From NCBI GenBank assembly GCA_963813025.1, contig CAWEXO010000015.1:32001-96000 (forward strand): a stretch of 64,000 nt of DNA, written 5' to 3'. Position numbers and translations under genes: made by a program. The notes below the pieces were generated by a model. That model was not told the DNA's origin. It saw only the letters and a program-made list of their open reading frames with translations, and searched no databases. This stretch comes from an uncultured Verrucomicrobiae bacterium (GTDB lineage: Bacteria > Verrucomicrobiota > Verrucomicrobiia > Chthoniobacterales > JAFAMB01). Shown here piece by piece: positions 9,938-20,920 of this stretch. Positions within the stretch are counted from its first letter, which is position 1, and every line of letters begins with the position of its first letter.

Positions 9938-10426
9938 TCACGAGGTGGGATATTTAAACACTGACGCACGAATCTTCCAAATACCGCCCGCTGGAGTGTA
10001 CACATTTACCAGATAGCCCCCAAATTTCCGGGTGCCGTCGATAGTCACAGTCCACCCTCCGATTGCGCATAGATCGTCGCCCATGGCATAGACATAGCTT
10101 ATTTTTGTAATTCTATCCGAAGGATTGTGACGCTGAAACAAATCTGTCACATATCCCTCGATGGCTTCTCGACCGGAAAACGTCCCCCCCGGCGTCACTT
10201 GAACCGCTTTTGCGATGTACAGCGCCCCGACAGCGGTTGCGTCGTGCTTGTTGAATGCTTCATCAAACTTCAGATTGATCGCTTCGAGCTGCTGGACTAA
10301 TTGGGGACTCGCGGCAATGGCGCGAAAGGGAAAGGGATTGACCTCCTCTTTCTCTTGGGCAAAGGCCACCAGAGCAAAACTGATTGCCAATCCTACTACT
10401 AGGGCACCTGGTAAGCGTATCTTCAT
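9938..10426 (-). CDS. Secreted NTF2-like (SnoaL/DUF4440) protein
   Basis: Signal peptide; FDEAFNKHDATAVGALY...GREAIE...WKIR. Confidence 0.75.
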   Translation of the reverse strand: MKIRLPGALVVGLAISFALVAFAQEKEEVNPFPFRAIAASPQLVQQLEAINLKFDEAFNKHDATAVGALYIAKAVQVTPGGTFSGREAIEGYVTDLFQRHNPSDRITKISYVYAMGDDLCAIGGWTVTIDGTRKFGGYLVNVYTPAGGIWKIRASVFKYPTS

Positions 10427-10475
10427 TGTCTCCTCCGGTTTGTGACTCGTCGCCTAACGACCTGTCATGAGAAGT

Positions 10476-10620
10476 CTATTTGACGCTCGCACCTCCGTCC
10501 ACCGCTAAGGCAATTCCTGTCACCCACTCCGCCTCTCGGGAAACGAGAAACAGCACGCACTCGGCTACGTCTTGGGAAGTTCCCAGGCGTCGCCAGGGCG
10601 TATCTTGCAAAGCAGCCTTG
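10476..10620 (-). pseudogene. C-terminal tip of an SDR oxidoreductase
   Basis: TPWRRLGTSQDVAECVLFLVSREAEWVTGIALAVDGG; the rest is replaced by the neighbouring kinase gene. Confidence 0.75.
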
Positions 10621-10656
10621 TTGTCCGTTGAACGAAAGGCAGCGGGTTGCAAGAAG

Positions 10657-13600
10657 TTAGCAAAGAGGTAGTCGGAATCCACGTCCTCCTGACCCGCTCG
10701 CTTTTTGGCGGCGGTATTCTGCGTAGGTTGCTTCCGCGCGTTTCGCTAGCGAAATCGACTTCTGCTCCTTTGCGATTCTGATGGCTGCGCAGAACGAAGC
10801 CTCAATTTGGGTCTCGTCAGCACCCATAGCCGTGAGAAACACACCGCGGAGCCGGTGCAGTTCGGCACACCACCAGCGCTCTTCAGATCTTTCGACCACG
10901 TGCTTCTGCCTCCTTTATTGCCTCAAGAGCTTCAGAGGTACGATCCGCAAGATGCAAAGCTTCAGCCTTTAGTGCCAGAAAATATGGCAGGCCCAGCATC
11001 GAGCCGGTTGCCCGAAAGTCTCTTATTCCGTCCTCGATCCACGGAATACCTTCCGCTGTGTCACCGGAAGCGCTGCGCGCCCAACCGCGGTAGAATGGCT
11101 CCTACCGCCAGCCAAAACGCAAAATTGTGACGCGTTGAGAGTTCAATCAAATCCGATGCCAAGCGTTCCACTTCAGCAGGATTACGCTCAAAGTGGCGCG
11201 AGAGCCGCTGCCCAAGTATAGTGCCACGGCTAATGCGTGCATATCATTCAGCTCCTTTGCTAGTGAGATCGCTTCCGCCATGGTCGCTTGGCAAGAGGCG
11301 ATCTCTCCGAAATGCCACTCGGATATGCGCCTGATAGCACAGACAAGACGACGACTGGCGCGTCGAGCTCTTCCGTCATGAGACTGTACGCTTCCCGAGC
11401 GCCAGATCTGAACACCACGCATCGCGTATTGTCGCGCGGACTCGAAATCGCCCAAAAAGTAGAGCGTGGCTGCCAAAGCGCGGTAGGCTCCTATCATTAG
11501 CGCAGAGTCATTCTGCTCCTGCGCCAGCGAGTAAACTCGTTTGGCAATCTGCATCGTTGCAGTCAGCTTGTCGGTCATGAGGGAATAGCGCCACTGACCT
11601 ATCAGTGCCACATACAGGAGCAGGGGACGATTAAGCGAATGACACAAGGACTCCGCGCGCTCGTAACAAATTCGCGCCTCCGGTGCTCCCAATCCTCGCG
11701 TGGCCGTTAGATATGATCCCGCCTGCATGAGGATGAAGAGCTGATCTTCCGCAGTGAGACTCTGCCCCTCGACGGCCGTTTCCACCGGTGAACCCCAGCG
11801 TCCGTGTTCGAAGAAATGAGCTAAAACCGAGAGCAATGCTCCTCTGGCTCCAAGAACGTTAGCCGCAAAGGAGGCATTTCCCCGCTGAATCCGCGGAATG
11901 TAAACTTCATGCAGCGCTTCGCGAAATAAACCGGCATTGCAGCCGCAGATGACGGCTAAGAAAAGCGGCTCCATCTCCCTGAAACTATCCGGCAGCTGCG
12001 GCGCAAGCGTTCGATAATAATGATAGAGCCGCCTATTGCATTCCTTCCACGCATCCGTTCGTTGACTCCGAAGCTGTTCGCCAAAGTATTCACGAACGAG
12101 AGGATGCGTATCGAGATGTCCAGGATTATGCGGATCTTCTCCGGCGAGGAGTCTTGCTCTTCTTAACCTGGCAAGAATCGTTCGCCACTCGGTCGGGCTC
12201 AAATCAGTTAATGACTCTGTAAGGCCCGGAATCGCAGGTGGTTTCAGCAGGGCTCCAAGCGCCTTTTCGTCAGCGGGGCGATCAAATAGACCTAACATGC
12301 GCAGAACTGACAGCTCAGGACCTTCGCCAAACCAGGTTTGGTAAGATTCCATGACTTTTCGGGCATGGACTCCCTGTCGTACGTCGTGAGCAAGACGTTC
12401 TGACACTTCTTTGCGGCAACGAATGTCTCCATTGTAAGCATCGGTCAGATAGCTGCCCAACAGCGTTAGAGCCAGACAATGGCCACTGAACTCGTCGCTG
12501 GCACTTCGCAGTTCCGCCTCATCTCCCTTTAACGCCCAGCGCTCGGAGCAGCTTCGCACCGGCATCGCTGGATAGTTGTTCCAGGTCACGACGCAGAGCT
12601 GAGGTGCCCTCGTGATCTGCAATATCAGCGACCGGCATCCGCGTGGTAATCACGCAAAGCCCCGTATTGAAGGCAGCAAGCTCGCGCAGAAGCGCCTGGA
12701 GGGAAGGCTCACGTACCCGTCCTTCTTGTGGACCAGGCGGATTTTGGAGCGGCTCCAGGCCATCCAGAACCAATAAGGTTCGACGATGCGCGACGAGCTT
12801 CGCCAATCTTTCGCCCTTCTCCCACGCCGTTCCGATCCGTGGATCTGGATCTCCAAACCAAGTGAGAGCCGCATCAAGAAATTCATCTGCGGACGAAGTG
12901 TCCCCACTGGTGCCCTGTCTGTAGAAGGACCAGCCAAAAACAAGCTCCGCAGAACGATAATGTTCAGCAGCCATCCGTCGGAGCCAATGGTTAACGAGCG
13001 TGGACTTCCCGACACCAGCCCAGGCAACGATTGTAACGACATTGACATGCTGGTTTGCCCATGCATCGATCCAGGAAAGCGATATCCTCCTCTCGACCAA
13101 AAACATCGCTTCCGGTAACGGGCAATCTGGCTACGGAAATTTTCTTCGGTCCCAGTCTTGCTGGCGGCTTGCGAGTTCCGACACGCGAAGCGGTAGGGGG
13201 CATCTTCTGCAAGCTCTGACGAGTGATTCTACGCCGTGCGTCGATAGCGCCTGTTATCGTCGGCATCGCCTTCAGAAGTTCGGCCGGGTTCTGAAAACGC
13301 CGCGCCGGGTCTTTCTCAAGAAGCACCTCAAGTAGAACAACGACCGGCTGCGGAACACCTTCGAGTTGTTCGAGCGGTAACGGTGCGTGCTGATGCTGAT
13401 ACATCACCTCAGCCGGAGGAGCCCCGGAATGGCGCCTGGCCGGTCACCATCTCCCAGAGCGTCACGCCCAGCGAGTACAGGTCCGAGCGGATGTCCACGC
13501 CGACTCCTGCGAATTGCTCCGGACTGGCGAACTCCGGTGTACCAGCAAAAGCCCCGGGCGTTGAAATCGCAGCTTCGAGCAGCCTGGTTCATTGACCGCC

Positions 13601-14257
13601 TTGGCCAGCCCGAGGTCGATGATTTTCGCGGTCACAGCGCCTCCCTCCTCCAAGCTCACCATGATGTTGCTTGGTTTGATGTCCCGGTGAACGAGCTTCT
13701 GCTTGTGCACCGCGGCCAAACCGGCGGCGACCTGCGTCGCAATTTCCAGCGCCAGCTTTACCTCAAGCCGGCCGGAGCGTTTGATGAGGTTCTCCAGCGT
13801 TTCCCCCTCTACAAACTCCATCGCGTAGAAGTAATTCTCGCCGGTTCTGCCCAGGTGGAAAACCGAGGCAACATTCGGATGCCGAACGCTCGCCGCCGCG
13901 CGGGCTTCGCGCAAAAAACGAAGCCGCGCCGATTCGTCACCGAGATAGTTGTCGCTGATGACTTTCAATGTCACGGGGCAGTGCAGATCGACGTCGAACG
14001 CCTTGTAAGTGACCCCCATCGCACCGCGACCCAACTCGACCGGTTTCCCGTCTTCGCGTTATCACCAGCTCATAATGCTCAAAGCGACGCGCCCGGCGCT
14101 CCGGAGAAGCCTCAAATGTGTCATTAGAAGACGGCTCGCCAGAGTCGGCCTCCTCACCGGCCAACACCTCGCGAATCATGCAAACCGGACAGAAGCCCAG
14201 AGTCTCGGAAAGCGACTGATCGCAGCTCGGGCAGACCGATCGACGTTGGATGCTCAT
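10657..14257 (-). pseudogene. Multiply frameshifted Ser/Thr kinase + STAND-type P-loop NTPase + TPR-like repeat protein
   Basis: Consecutive fragments: CPSC..CPVC; GRGAMGVTY, HRDIKPSN, IIDLGLAK; Walker A AWAGVGKS, Walker B LLVLDGLE; helical tail AELHRLRG; at least six frame changes. Confidence 0.85.
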
Positions 14258-14735
14258 GGGTCTAAGCGGCCTTCGGCGCTGGGCGTGGCGATTTGGGCAT
14301 CCCGAAGCGCAGAAACGTGTCGAACGGCTCTGGAGTCCTGCTGAACCAATATTGCGTCAGAGTTTCTGGAAGGAAATGATCTTGCGCTATCGGGGAATGG
14401 TGCGGCGCGGGCTTGAACAGAAAAGACCCATGCCACCTGTACCGGAATGGGTCAAAGCACACATTCGAAAATTGTTGGCTCAACATCCAGAGCTATTGGA
14501 AGCAATGATGGATGTACCGATTGAGTCAATAGGTGGCCTAGAGCCTTTTGATTTAAGGTTGCGCCTTCGCGAATACCACGAAAACAATCCGCAATTAACA
14601 GCCGAAGAAATCGTCGTCAGGATCCTAGCTAAGCACGGCAGACGCTGGATTACGGAGGGGACAACAGCTCCAGCTATAATTGTTACCGGGCTTCTGCATA
14701 CGATCCGACGCTTGATCGAGGAAGGAGAACTTTGA
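14250..14735 (+). CDS. Hypothetical protein (start uncertain, possibly 5' truncated)
   Basis: 161-aa ORF with protein-like composition at the left edge of the phage-like module. Confidence 0.45.
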   Translation: MLMGLSGLRRWAWRFGHPEAQKRVERLWSPAEPILRQSFWKEMILRYRGMVRRGLEQKRPMPPVPEWVKAHIRKLLAQHPELLEAMMDVPIESIGGLEPFDLRLRLREYHENNPQLTAEEIVVRILAKHGRRWITEGTTAPAIIVTGLLHTIRRLIEEGEL

Positions 14736-15076
14736 GCGCTTACGCGAGCCGCTCTTGGCGCACTTCGCCAGAATAATCGTAGGTCTTCTTGCTGTTCGAG
14801 GCACTTACCCTGCAGAAAATATTTTAACTTAATCGCTTTTTTCATTGGATGCCGATAACCAATTTATTATCATCACAGCGACGTGAAAATGTCGCGTCTT
14901 GTCACCGCGGAAACGAGTATAAGATTTTCGTCCTCGGCTACTCGTCGGGGCAGCAGAGTCTAAAACCAACGCTCGAGCCTGACTCGGCCCGACACCGAAA
15001 CAGATGGCTAGCCGGCTTGTTGCCCGGACTCTCTAGCTTCCCTGCTCCCCAAGTTCGCACACAACAGTTCTATCAA

Positions 15077-15346
15077 TTGAAAAAATCTACCGTTTTGGAA
15101 GCTCCGCCCGAGCCTCCACAGGGCTGGGTTGGGTTGAAAGTTATGCGCCGGCACTTCTGGCCTTACGAGGACACTAGGCCGAGCGACTTTAAGATTCGCT
15201 GGCTTTGTCAGCATGATGGCCTGCCTCATCTAAGGTTCGGGACCACATATTACTTTCGGCTAGCCGACGTCGAGGCTTACCTCAAGACACATACAATCCC
15301 GGCTAAGCGCCCCACGGCCGGCCGGCCACGGAAGGAGGTGGCGTGA
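15077..15346 (+). CDS. Excisionase/AlpA-like helix-turn-helix DNA-binding protein
   Basis: IRWLCQHDGLPHLRFGTTYYFRLADVEAYLK is Xis-like; start (TTG 15077) uncertain. Confidence 0.7.
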   Translation: MKKSTVLEAPPEPPQGWVGLKVMRRHFWPYEDTRPSDFKIRWLCQHDGLPHLRFGTTYYFRLADVEAYLKTHTIPAKRPTAGRPRKEVA

Positions 15347-15350
15347 GGGT

Positions 15351-15623
15351 ATGTCAGCAAAACTGGCACCGCCGCTCTTTGCCCAGAGCGGCGGCAAAAA
15401 GGACAGCTTCGTCCCAACTTCCAGATTCGAGCGGATACTAGCAGACCTCACCAAATCGCGCAATCACCGGGTCGAGCACTTACCAATGCCACTGGTGATG
15501 ATGATCAGCCTGCTAAGGGGGATCCCACCCAATTCGTCAGAATTGATCGTGTTCTGCGCGGGCACAGACAGTGACGTGCCAGCCGTGTGCAAAGAGGAGG
15601 CGCGGCATGAACGCTCAAGGTAA
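15351..15623 (+). CDS. Hypothetical protein of the phage-like module
   Basis: Tightly packed between the Xis-like and SSB-like ORFs. Confidence 0.45.
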   Translation: MSAKLAPPLFAQSGGKKDSFVPTSRFERILADLTKSRNHRVEHLPMPLVMMISLLRGIPPNSSELIVFCAGTDSDVPAVCKEEARHERSR

Positions 15624-15846
15624 GCACTGGGAGGACCGGCCAAACTGGGCGTCATGCTTCCCGCCCAGAAACCCAAGAACCAAACATCCACCTGACTTCA
15701 CCGGGATCACCGTAATCGAAGGGCGCAGGTTTTGGGTGAACGTTTATAAAAAACTCGATCGCAACCAGAATCGTTACGTCTCGGTCAACATCCGGCCGGT
15801 GGAGACACCAGCGCCCTATCCTCCGGCACAAAGGAGGTCAGGGTGA
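15607..15846 (+). CDS. Small phage-type protein (DUF736/SSB-like)
   Basis: HPPDFTG..IEGRRFWVNVYKK..RYVSVNIRP; GAGGAGG RBS; overlaps the next start (GTGA). Confidence 0.55.
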   Translation: MNAQGKHWEDRPNWASCFPPRNPRTKHPPDFTGITVIEGRRFWVNVYKKLDRNQNRYVSVNIRPVETPAPYPPAQRRSG

Positions 15847-16850
15847 GTCAACTACCTCCGTTTTTGGTTGAGCTAGTTAATAGCTGTCCGCCGGCCGGCG
15901 ACGGCGTCAATCACTGGATGTTTCAGACTGGTCGACAACTGCATGCGCACCTCGATGAGCGGGGCATATTCAACTTGCTCAGAGTTAAGACCCGCAATTG
16001 CGGACGACTCGTCACGGATCGTGAAATTCTCCGTCAGATCAGGATGTCACGCCAGACAGCTTGGCGCCCTGATTACCCGGAAGCCTTCGCCAACGCAGGC
16101 AAACTTCCGGCCGAGGTGCCGCTCGCACCGCGGGAAAGGCAATGGCCAAAGCCCGATCTGGAGGCGATCAGGGCGATCGTCGCTCTGGGCCTCGGCCTGC
16201 ACGATCTTTGGGAGCGGTCACCGGTGCGATTCGATGACACCGAAAGCCACGCCGAAGAGGTCGTCGAGGCTCTCTTCCCCGCCAATCCGCTGCTCTGCGT
16301 CGGGCAATCCGTCTGCAAATTCGCGACCAGGCGCAGGGACTGCTGGCGCGGTCATCTGCACCGGTTCGGGCTCATTGTGCCTAACCCAATGCTCGACTAT
16401 GCAGGACACCCTGAAGGCGAGGACCGGCTCAGCCAACACACCAAAGAGGCAACCGCTCGCCGGGTCTACCTGGTAGTTGAGTTCGATTTCTCCATCAAGG
16501 CACGGGATGGCAAGACCGATTCTAGCTGGGCGTCACTGGTTAGGGAATGGGCCGCGGATGGCGTCAGCGTGGCCGATGCCTGCGCCGCCCTCCACTGGCA
16601 CTTAAGCAGCCTTCTACCCCTGGTGCTGGTCGTCCACTCCGGCGGCAAGAGCCTCCATGGGTGGTTTTACGTCTTCGGCCAGCCCGAAACCCACCTGCGC
16701 GTTTCTTTTATGAACCACGCGATCCGGCTAGGCGCGGACAAGGCGACCTGGGTCCGATCCCAGTTCTCACGGCTCCCCGATGGCCGGCGCGAAAACGGCC
16801 GGCCGCAACGGGCCTTTTACTTCGACCCCGCAAAGACAATCAGGGTATGA
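15843..16850 (+). CDS. Primase/prim-pol-like replication protein
   Basis: YLVVEFD, VVHSGGKSLHGWF, GADKAT..SRLP resemble AEP/RepB' motifs; GGAGG RBS; ATGA-coupled to the helicase. Confidence 0.7.
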   Translation: MSQLPPFLVELVNSCPPAGDGVNHWMFQTGRQLHAHLDERGIFNLLRVKTRNCGRLVTDREILRQIRMSRQTAWRPDYPEAFANAGKLPAEVPLAPRERQWPKPDLEAIRAIVALGLGLHDLWERSPVRFDDTESHAEEVVEALFPANPLLCVGQSVCKFATRRRDCWRGHLHRFGLIVPNPMLDYAGHPEGEDRLSQHTKEATARRVYLVVEFDFSIKARDGKTDSSWASLVREWAADGVSVADACAALHWHLSSLLPLVLVVHSGGKSLHGWFYVFGQPETHLRVSFMNHAIRLGADKATWVRSQFSRLPDGRRENGRPQRAFYFDPAKTIRV

Positions 16851-18102
16851 ACTCCACCCGAAAAAATCCACCGTACGCCCGTCCGGAATATAACGGTCCT
16901 TCTGGGTTGGAAGCCGAGTATTGCGCGATTTGGGAGCGACATAAGGGCTTTGGAATAAACGGCCGCCAGCTTGAACACAGCTCAGGGCTGAAACTGTTCC
17001 GGGCAAAAGACCGCACCGACGACCAAAAAGCCGCGATCCTGAGGGCGCAACCCTGGCTCTGGGATCAGCTCTCAAAGGACAGCAAAAACGCCCCTTCAAA
17101 CCAGGCCAGTTCCGAACCGGTTGTTCTGCCTCCTTTCGATGATGCCGCCGTGCTTTTACAGACGGAGCTAGCCACGCCTCCGTTACTGATCGAAGGCGTA
17201 CTTCACCACGGGCTGAAAATGGCCATAGGCGGCGGCTCGAAAGCTTTCAAAACCTGGTGCCTGATGAGCCTGGCGCATGCCGTTGCGACCGGGACCACCT
17301 GGCTGGAATTCAAATGCAACCGCGCTCGAGTGCTCTTCATCAACTTCGAAATCCCCCGGCCCTTTTACCGCAACCGGCTCGTAACCATTTGCTCGTCGAT
17401 AAAAACGCAGATCGAAGCCGGCTGGTTCACAATATGGAACTTGCGCGGCTTCGCCTGTGACATCCTGACTTTGGAAGCCGCCCTTTTTGAGCGTCTCAAA
17501 GATCTCCAGTTCGCTCTCATCGTTATCGACCCGATCTACAAGGTGCTCGGCGAGATGGACGAAAACTTGTCCAGGGACATGGCCAAGATCGTAAACTCCC
17601 TCGAGCGAATTGCTCACCGCTACAATGCTGCGGTTGTTGCCGGCGCCCATTTTTCCAAAGGCAACCAGGCCGCCAAGGATCCGATCGATCGTTTCGGCGG
17701 TTCGAAAATCTACGAGGCTGATCCTGATGTGCTTCTTACTCTGACTCCCCACAAAGAAAAAGACGCTTTCGTCGCCGATTTCATCCTGCGCAATCTAGCT
17801 CCCATCAATCCCTTCGGCTTGCGCTGGGTTTATCCCAGCTTCATCCGGGACGAAACGCTGGACGTTACCGAACTCAAAGTTCCCCGGCCCTCAGGACCGC
17901 AAGCGAAATATGGGATAAAGCATCTGCTCGAATGCCTGGGCACTAAAAGCTAGCCCCGGCCGCACTGCGAAAAACCGTATTCAACGAGACCGGCATGGAG
18001 AAAACAACATTCTACGAGCTTTTGAACGAGGCCAAAAAGCTGGGCTACATCGTTGCGAGCGTTGAAGGCTCTCTCCAGCGCGGCCCCGACGTCACCTTGT
18101 AA
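16847..18102 (+). CDS. RepA-type AAA (SF4-like) helicase; winged-helix tail in a shifted frame after an A-run near 17945
   Basis: Walker A GGSKAFKT, FINFE, Walker B IVIDPIY, AHFSKG; beyond stop 17953 another frame gives AALRKTVFNETGMEKTTFYELLNEAKKLGYI to 18102. Confidence 0.85.
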
Positions 18103-18155
18103 AAACCTAATAGGATTAAAGGCAGACATCCATGCTCAATTCTGGTCAGATCAAG

Positions 18156-18345
18156 TTTCCGGCGAACTCCGGAAAAACACCGAAAAACGCTCGAAAAACT
18201 TTCCGCATCCGGACGCCGGCAGGTCTTCCGTTCCGGAGTTCCCTAAAGGGAAGAACTCCGGAATGAAGAACCGACCTGCCAAACGTCGTCCATTCCGCAA
18301 TTCCGGAATTAGACCCCCGGAAACCCCGGAAACCCCGGAAAACAA
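18156..18345. repeat. Iteron-like repeats and palindrome; putative replication origin of the integrated element
   Basis: CCCCGGAAA x3 (18315-18341), many TTCCG/CCGGAA units, palindrome TTCCGGAGTTC...GAACTCCGGAA (18231-18263). Confidence 0.6.
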
Positions 18346-18379
18346 ACGGCCCAGAGAACGAGAAACCTCATAACAGGAT

Positions 18380-18667
18380 ATGCCGGCCAAATCCAAAATT
18401 TTCCGAGTTTTCCTGAGTGAGCTCCAGACGCAGCGCTTCAAATCGGTTCTGGCTGAAGCACACGTTCGAACCGGTATCAGCGGAGTCTTTGCCACAGTTC
18501 GAGAAACGTTCGACCTGGAGGGCGGCCGGCTAGGGTTGGAGCTGCAGATTGGCCGGCTCTCCAAGCCAAAGACCCGCGAGATCCAGCGCATCCTGTCCGA
18601 AGACAGACAGCAAGACGCTGGCCAACCAGCCCCCACTCTCTCCTGTCCTCTTCCATCGAGTCCCTAA
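18380..18667 (+). CDS. Hypothetical protein
   Basis: 95-aa ORF with AGGA RBS, co-oriented with the replication genes. Confidence 0.5.
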   Translation: MPAKSKIFRVFLSELQTQRFKSVLAEAHVRTGISGVFATVRETFDLEGGRLGLELQIGRLSKPKTREIQRILSEDRQQDAGQPAPTLSCPLPSSP

Positions 18668-18844
18668 TCGAAACGCCGCTCGCGGTCTAGTTTGCCTAGG
18701 GCATCGAGGATGTCCTGAGGGGTGCCTGTTGCAGTGCTTGCCGGACGGTGAGCAAACAGAAAACGTCACGTGGAGTAGTGAAAAAAGCTCTGAGGGCCGT
18801 TTACGAGATCTCTGGACTTGGGCTATGGTCGGCCGCGAGCGAAA

Positions 18845-19423
18845 ATGTCCTCCAGCAATGGCAATGACTCTGGCGGTGTCTACGATCAAAAGACTTTCGT
18901 CGCCATCTTGAAAACTGAAATCAGTTGGCTCTCGGTCCATTGTCCGAGGCTTTCAGCGCTGGAACGCCTGGAGCGTGCGCTAGCCGAAGCCGATCGGGTC
19001 GACAATCGGTTGCGCGTCACGGCCGGCCGCTACGTCACCCCGCGTCACTACAGCGCCGACGTCTTTGTTGCCATGCCACGCGGTCAATTGCGGAGCGGAG
19101 CTCTTCCCAAGAAGCTGTCCGTTCGACCTGAAGAGCAGCAGCTCAAAACAGCTCGGGAGGATTCACCGGAAAAGCAGTCTGCCAATTCGCCTCGGAGAAA
19201 AGCGCCGTTCTCTGTGCTTCTGGGCGAATCGTCAAACCGAGCGCGAAATCCATCCGGAAATTCAGTAGCGATTACAAAGCATCCGCCAACACGCAAAACA
19301 CTCGCCTCAGCAGCAGTGCAAACCTTTGCCGCTCGAACCCGAAAATCCTCGCCCGTTCGAACCAGCTCGCAATTTCAGCTTGGTCAACCGGCTAGGAGGC
19401 GTCCGAAAATTGTGCATCGTTAG
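18845..19423 (+). CDS. Hypothetical protein (low-complexity tail)
   Basis: ORF from ATG 18845; only the N-terminal half looks protein-like. Confidence 0.35.
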   Translation: MSSSNGNDSGGVYDQKTFVAILKTEISWLSVHCPRLSALERLERALAEADRVDNRLRVTAGRYVTPRHYSADVFVAMPRGQLRSGALPKKLSVRPEEQQLKTAREDSPEKQSANSPRRKAPFSVLLGESSNRARNPSGNSVAITKHPPTRKTLASAAVQTFAARTRKSSPVRTSSQFQLGQPARRRPKIVHR

Positions 19424-19503
19424 AGACTTGGAACCAGAAAAGTGGAAGCTTTGCCGCGCGGCAAAGCCTCAAAACTGCAAAGCAAACTGCAAAAAAATCA
19501 GGA

Positions 19504-20064
19504 TTAGAGATCGCGCGAAAGGGGTTCAGAATCCTCTAGGAGTTGAGGGGGTAGTTCGGAGGAGGATTGCTGAAGAGAGTCCTCCGGAGGCGGAGGGCTC
19601 AGGGTGAGCATGCGGACATCGAAGTAGTTATGAGAGAAGTCAGGCTGGCTCCAACCGAAGGTGGTAGAGGCGCTTTTAGTGATGGAGGCAATAGCTTGGT
19701 GATTAGCGATGAGCTTATCCTCCTCCATACCTTCGAGATGAGCGGAAGCTTTTCTGATGGCGCCGGAAAGGTGGAGCTTAGAGGCAGAGGCGTTGCCGGC
19801 AATGACGGCGGCGGCGGTCTGTTTGAGGGTCTGGATGGATTTGGCTTGCTCGGCTTTAGCGAGCTGACGTCTGGCGGAATCGGGGTCTGAGCGCTTAGTT
19901 CGGCCGAAGGTTTTAGTAAGTTGCCAATTTTCTCTGACGGCGCGGTTGGTGAGAGTGCCGTAAGGGATTTTGAACTTAGCGGCGACCTCAGAGAGAGTCA
20001 TTGTGCCGGCCAGGACCAGGGCGCGGACAGCGTCCCAGTCATATTGAGGAGGGCGACCGATCAT
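19504..20064 (-). CDS. HTH protein resembling a phage terminase small subunit
   Basis: YDWDAVRALVLAGTMTLSEVAAKFKIPYGTLTNRAVRENW followed by coiled helices. Confidence 0.6.
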   Translation of the reverse strand: MIGRPPQYDWDAVRALVLAGTMTLSEVAAKFKIPYGTLTNRAVRENWQLTKTFGRTKRSDPDSARRQLAKAEQAKSIQTLKQTAAAVIAGNASASKLHLSGAIRKASAHLEGMEEDKLIANHQAIASITKSASTTFGWSQPDFSHNYFDVRMLTLSPPPPEDSLQQSSSELPPQLLEDSEPLSRDL

Positions 20065-20704
20065 GAGCGGGAAAGTAGCTGCAAGAGAGCAGAGAGGCTA
20101 GGAAGAAGAAGCGCGCAGTGAAACGCATCAAACTTCAGCAGGGTTTTCGGCTGGCCGGTCGACGCGGATTGCGGGTCTGAATGGCGGCGCTGATGCTTCG
20201 CTACTTGAAAGCTGTTTCCCGAACAGAGAGGCGATAGTGCTAGCGTGACCAACTCCCGCGTCCGACAAACGCTGTACCCGGTGCCGGCGGGAGTTTGACC
20301 TGATTTTCTTCAGCACGGTTTCAAAGAAGCGGATGGATCGGCCGATCATCCAAAGCGGCGAAGTATTTGCAAACACTGTGAACAGCCCAGGCGTGATCGT
20401 AGAAAAGCGCGCAATCCCTTTTTGGCCAAAGCCCATCGGTGGGCCGTCAAGCCGACGCCTCTGCGTTTTCGAAAGCGTCGGTTGGTGATGCCACGGCATC
20501 TGCCCCTTGGCCTGGAGCGGCCTCTGCCCGTCCACCGGCGTCTTAGTTGGCCAGTGCCGATTTCCCAGGCTTTGCGAGGATCAAGGTTCAGCGATATAGT
20601 TCCACATTTCACGGCCGTCCCGGCAAGCGGCTGCCCCGTAGTGCTCCAGCAGGATGCGATCATTTCTGATGTGGATCAGGGTTTGAGAAAATTAATCCCG
20701 GTAT

Positions 20705-20828
20705 CCCTAGGTACTCGGTTTTCCAAAGCAGCTATCGCGGCGACAACCAGATTTAAGCCGCTGGCCCAATGTTGCTGGTTTTCGTAGCTGCGGTCGCGCA
20801 GTTCCCCCAATCGGTTAAAGAACACCGC
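20705..20828 (-). pseudogene. Tn3-family transposase internal fragment
   Basis: Manual translation [32 protein letters not shown], frameshift, then LLWKTEYL: a conserved TnpA C-terminal block. Confidence 0.85.
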
Positions 20829-20920
20829 CTAAGTCAGCGCGTTGACAGTTTGTCGGCAACCATCGACGTGATCTCACGAGTTGTCCTTTCGGTATCGTCG
20901 GTCACGCCAAGGTTAGGCAC

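Noticed and set aside
16547..16846. N-terminal 100 aa of the 468-aa helicase ORF, and similar extensions on GH3, wrbA, sufC, Fur, malE and the receptors
   Set aside because: They overlap upstream genes or promoters and are not protein-like; downstream starts with an RBS or stop/start overlap were preferred
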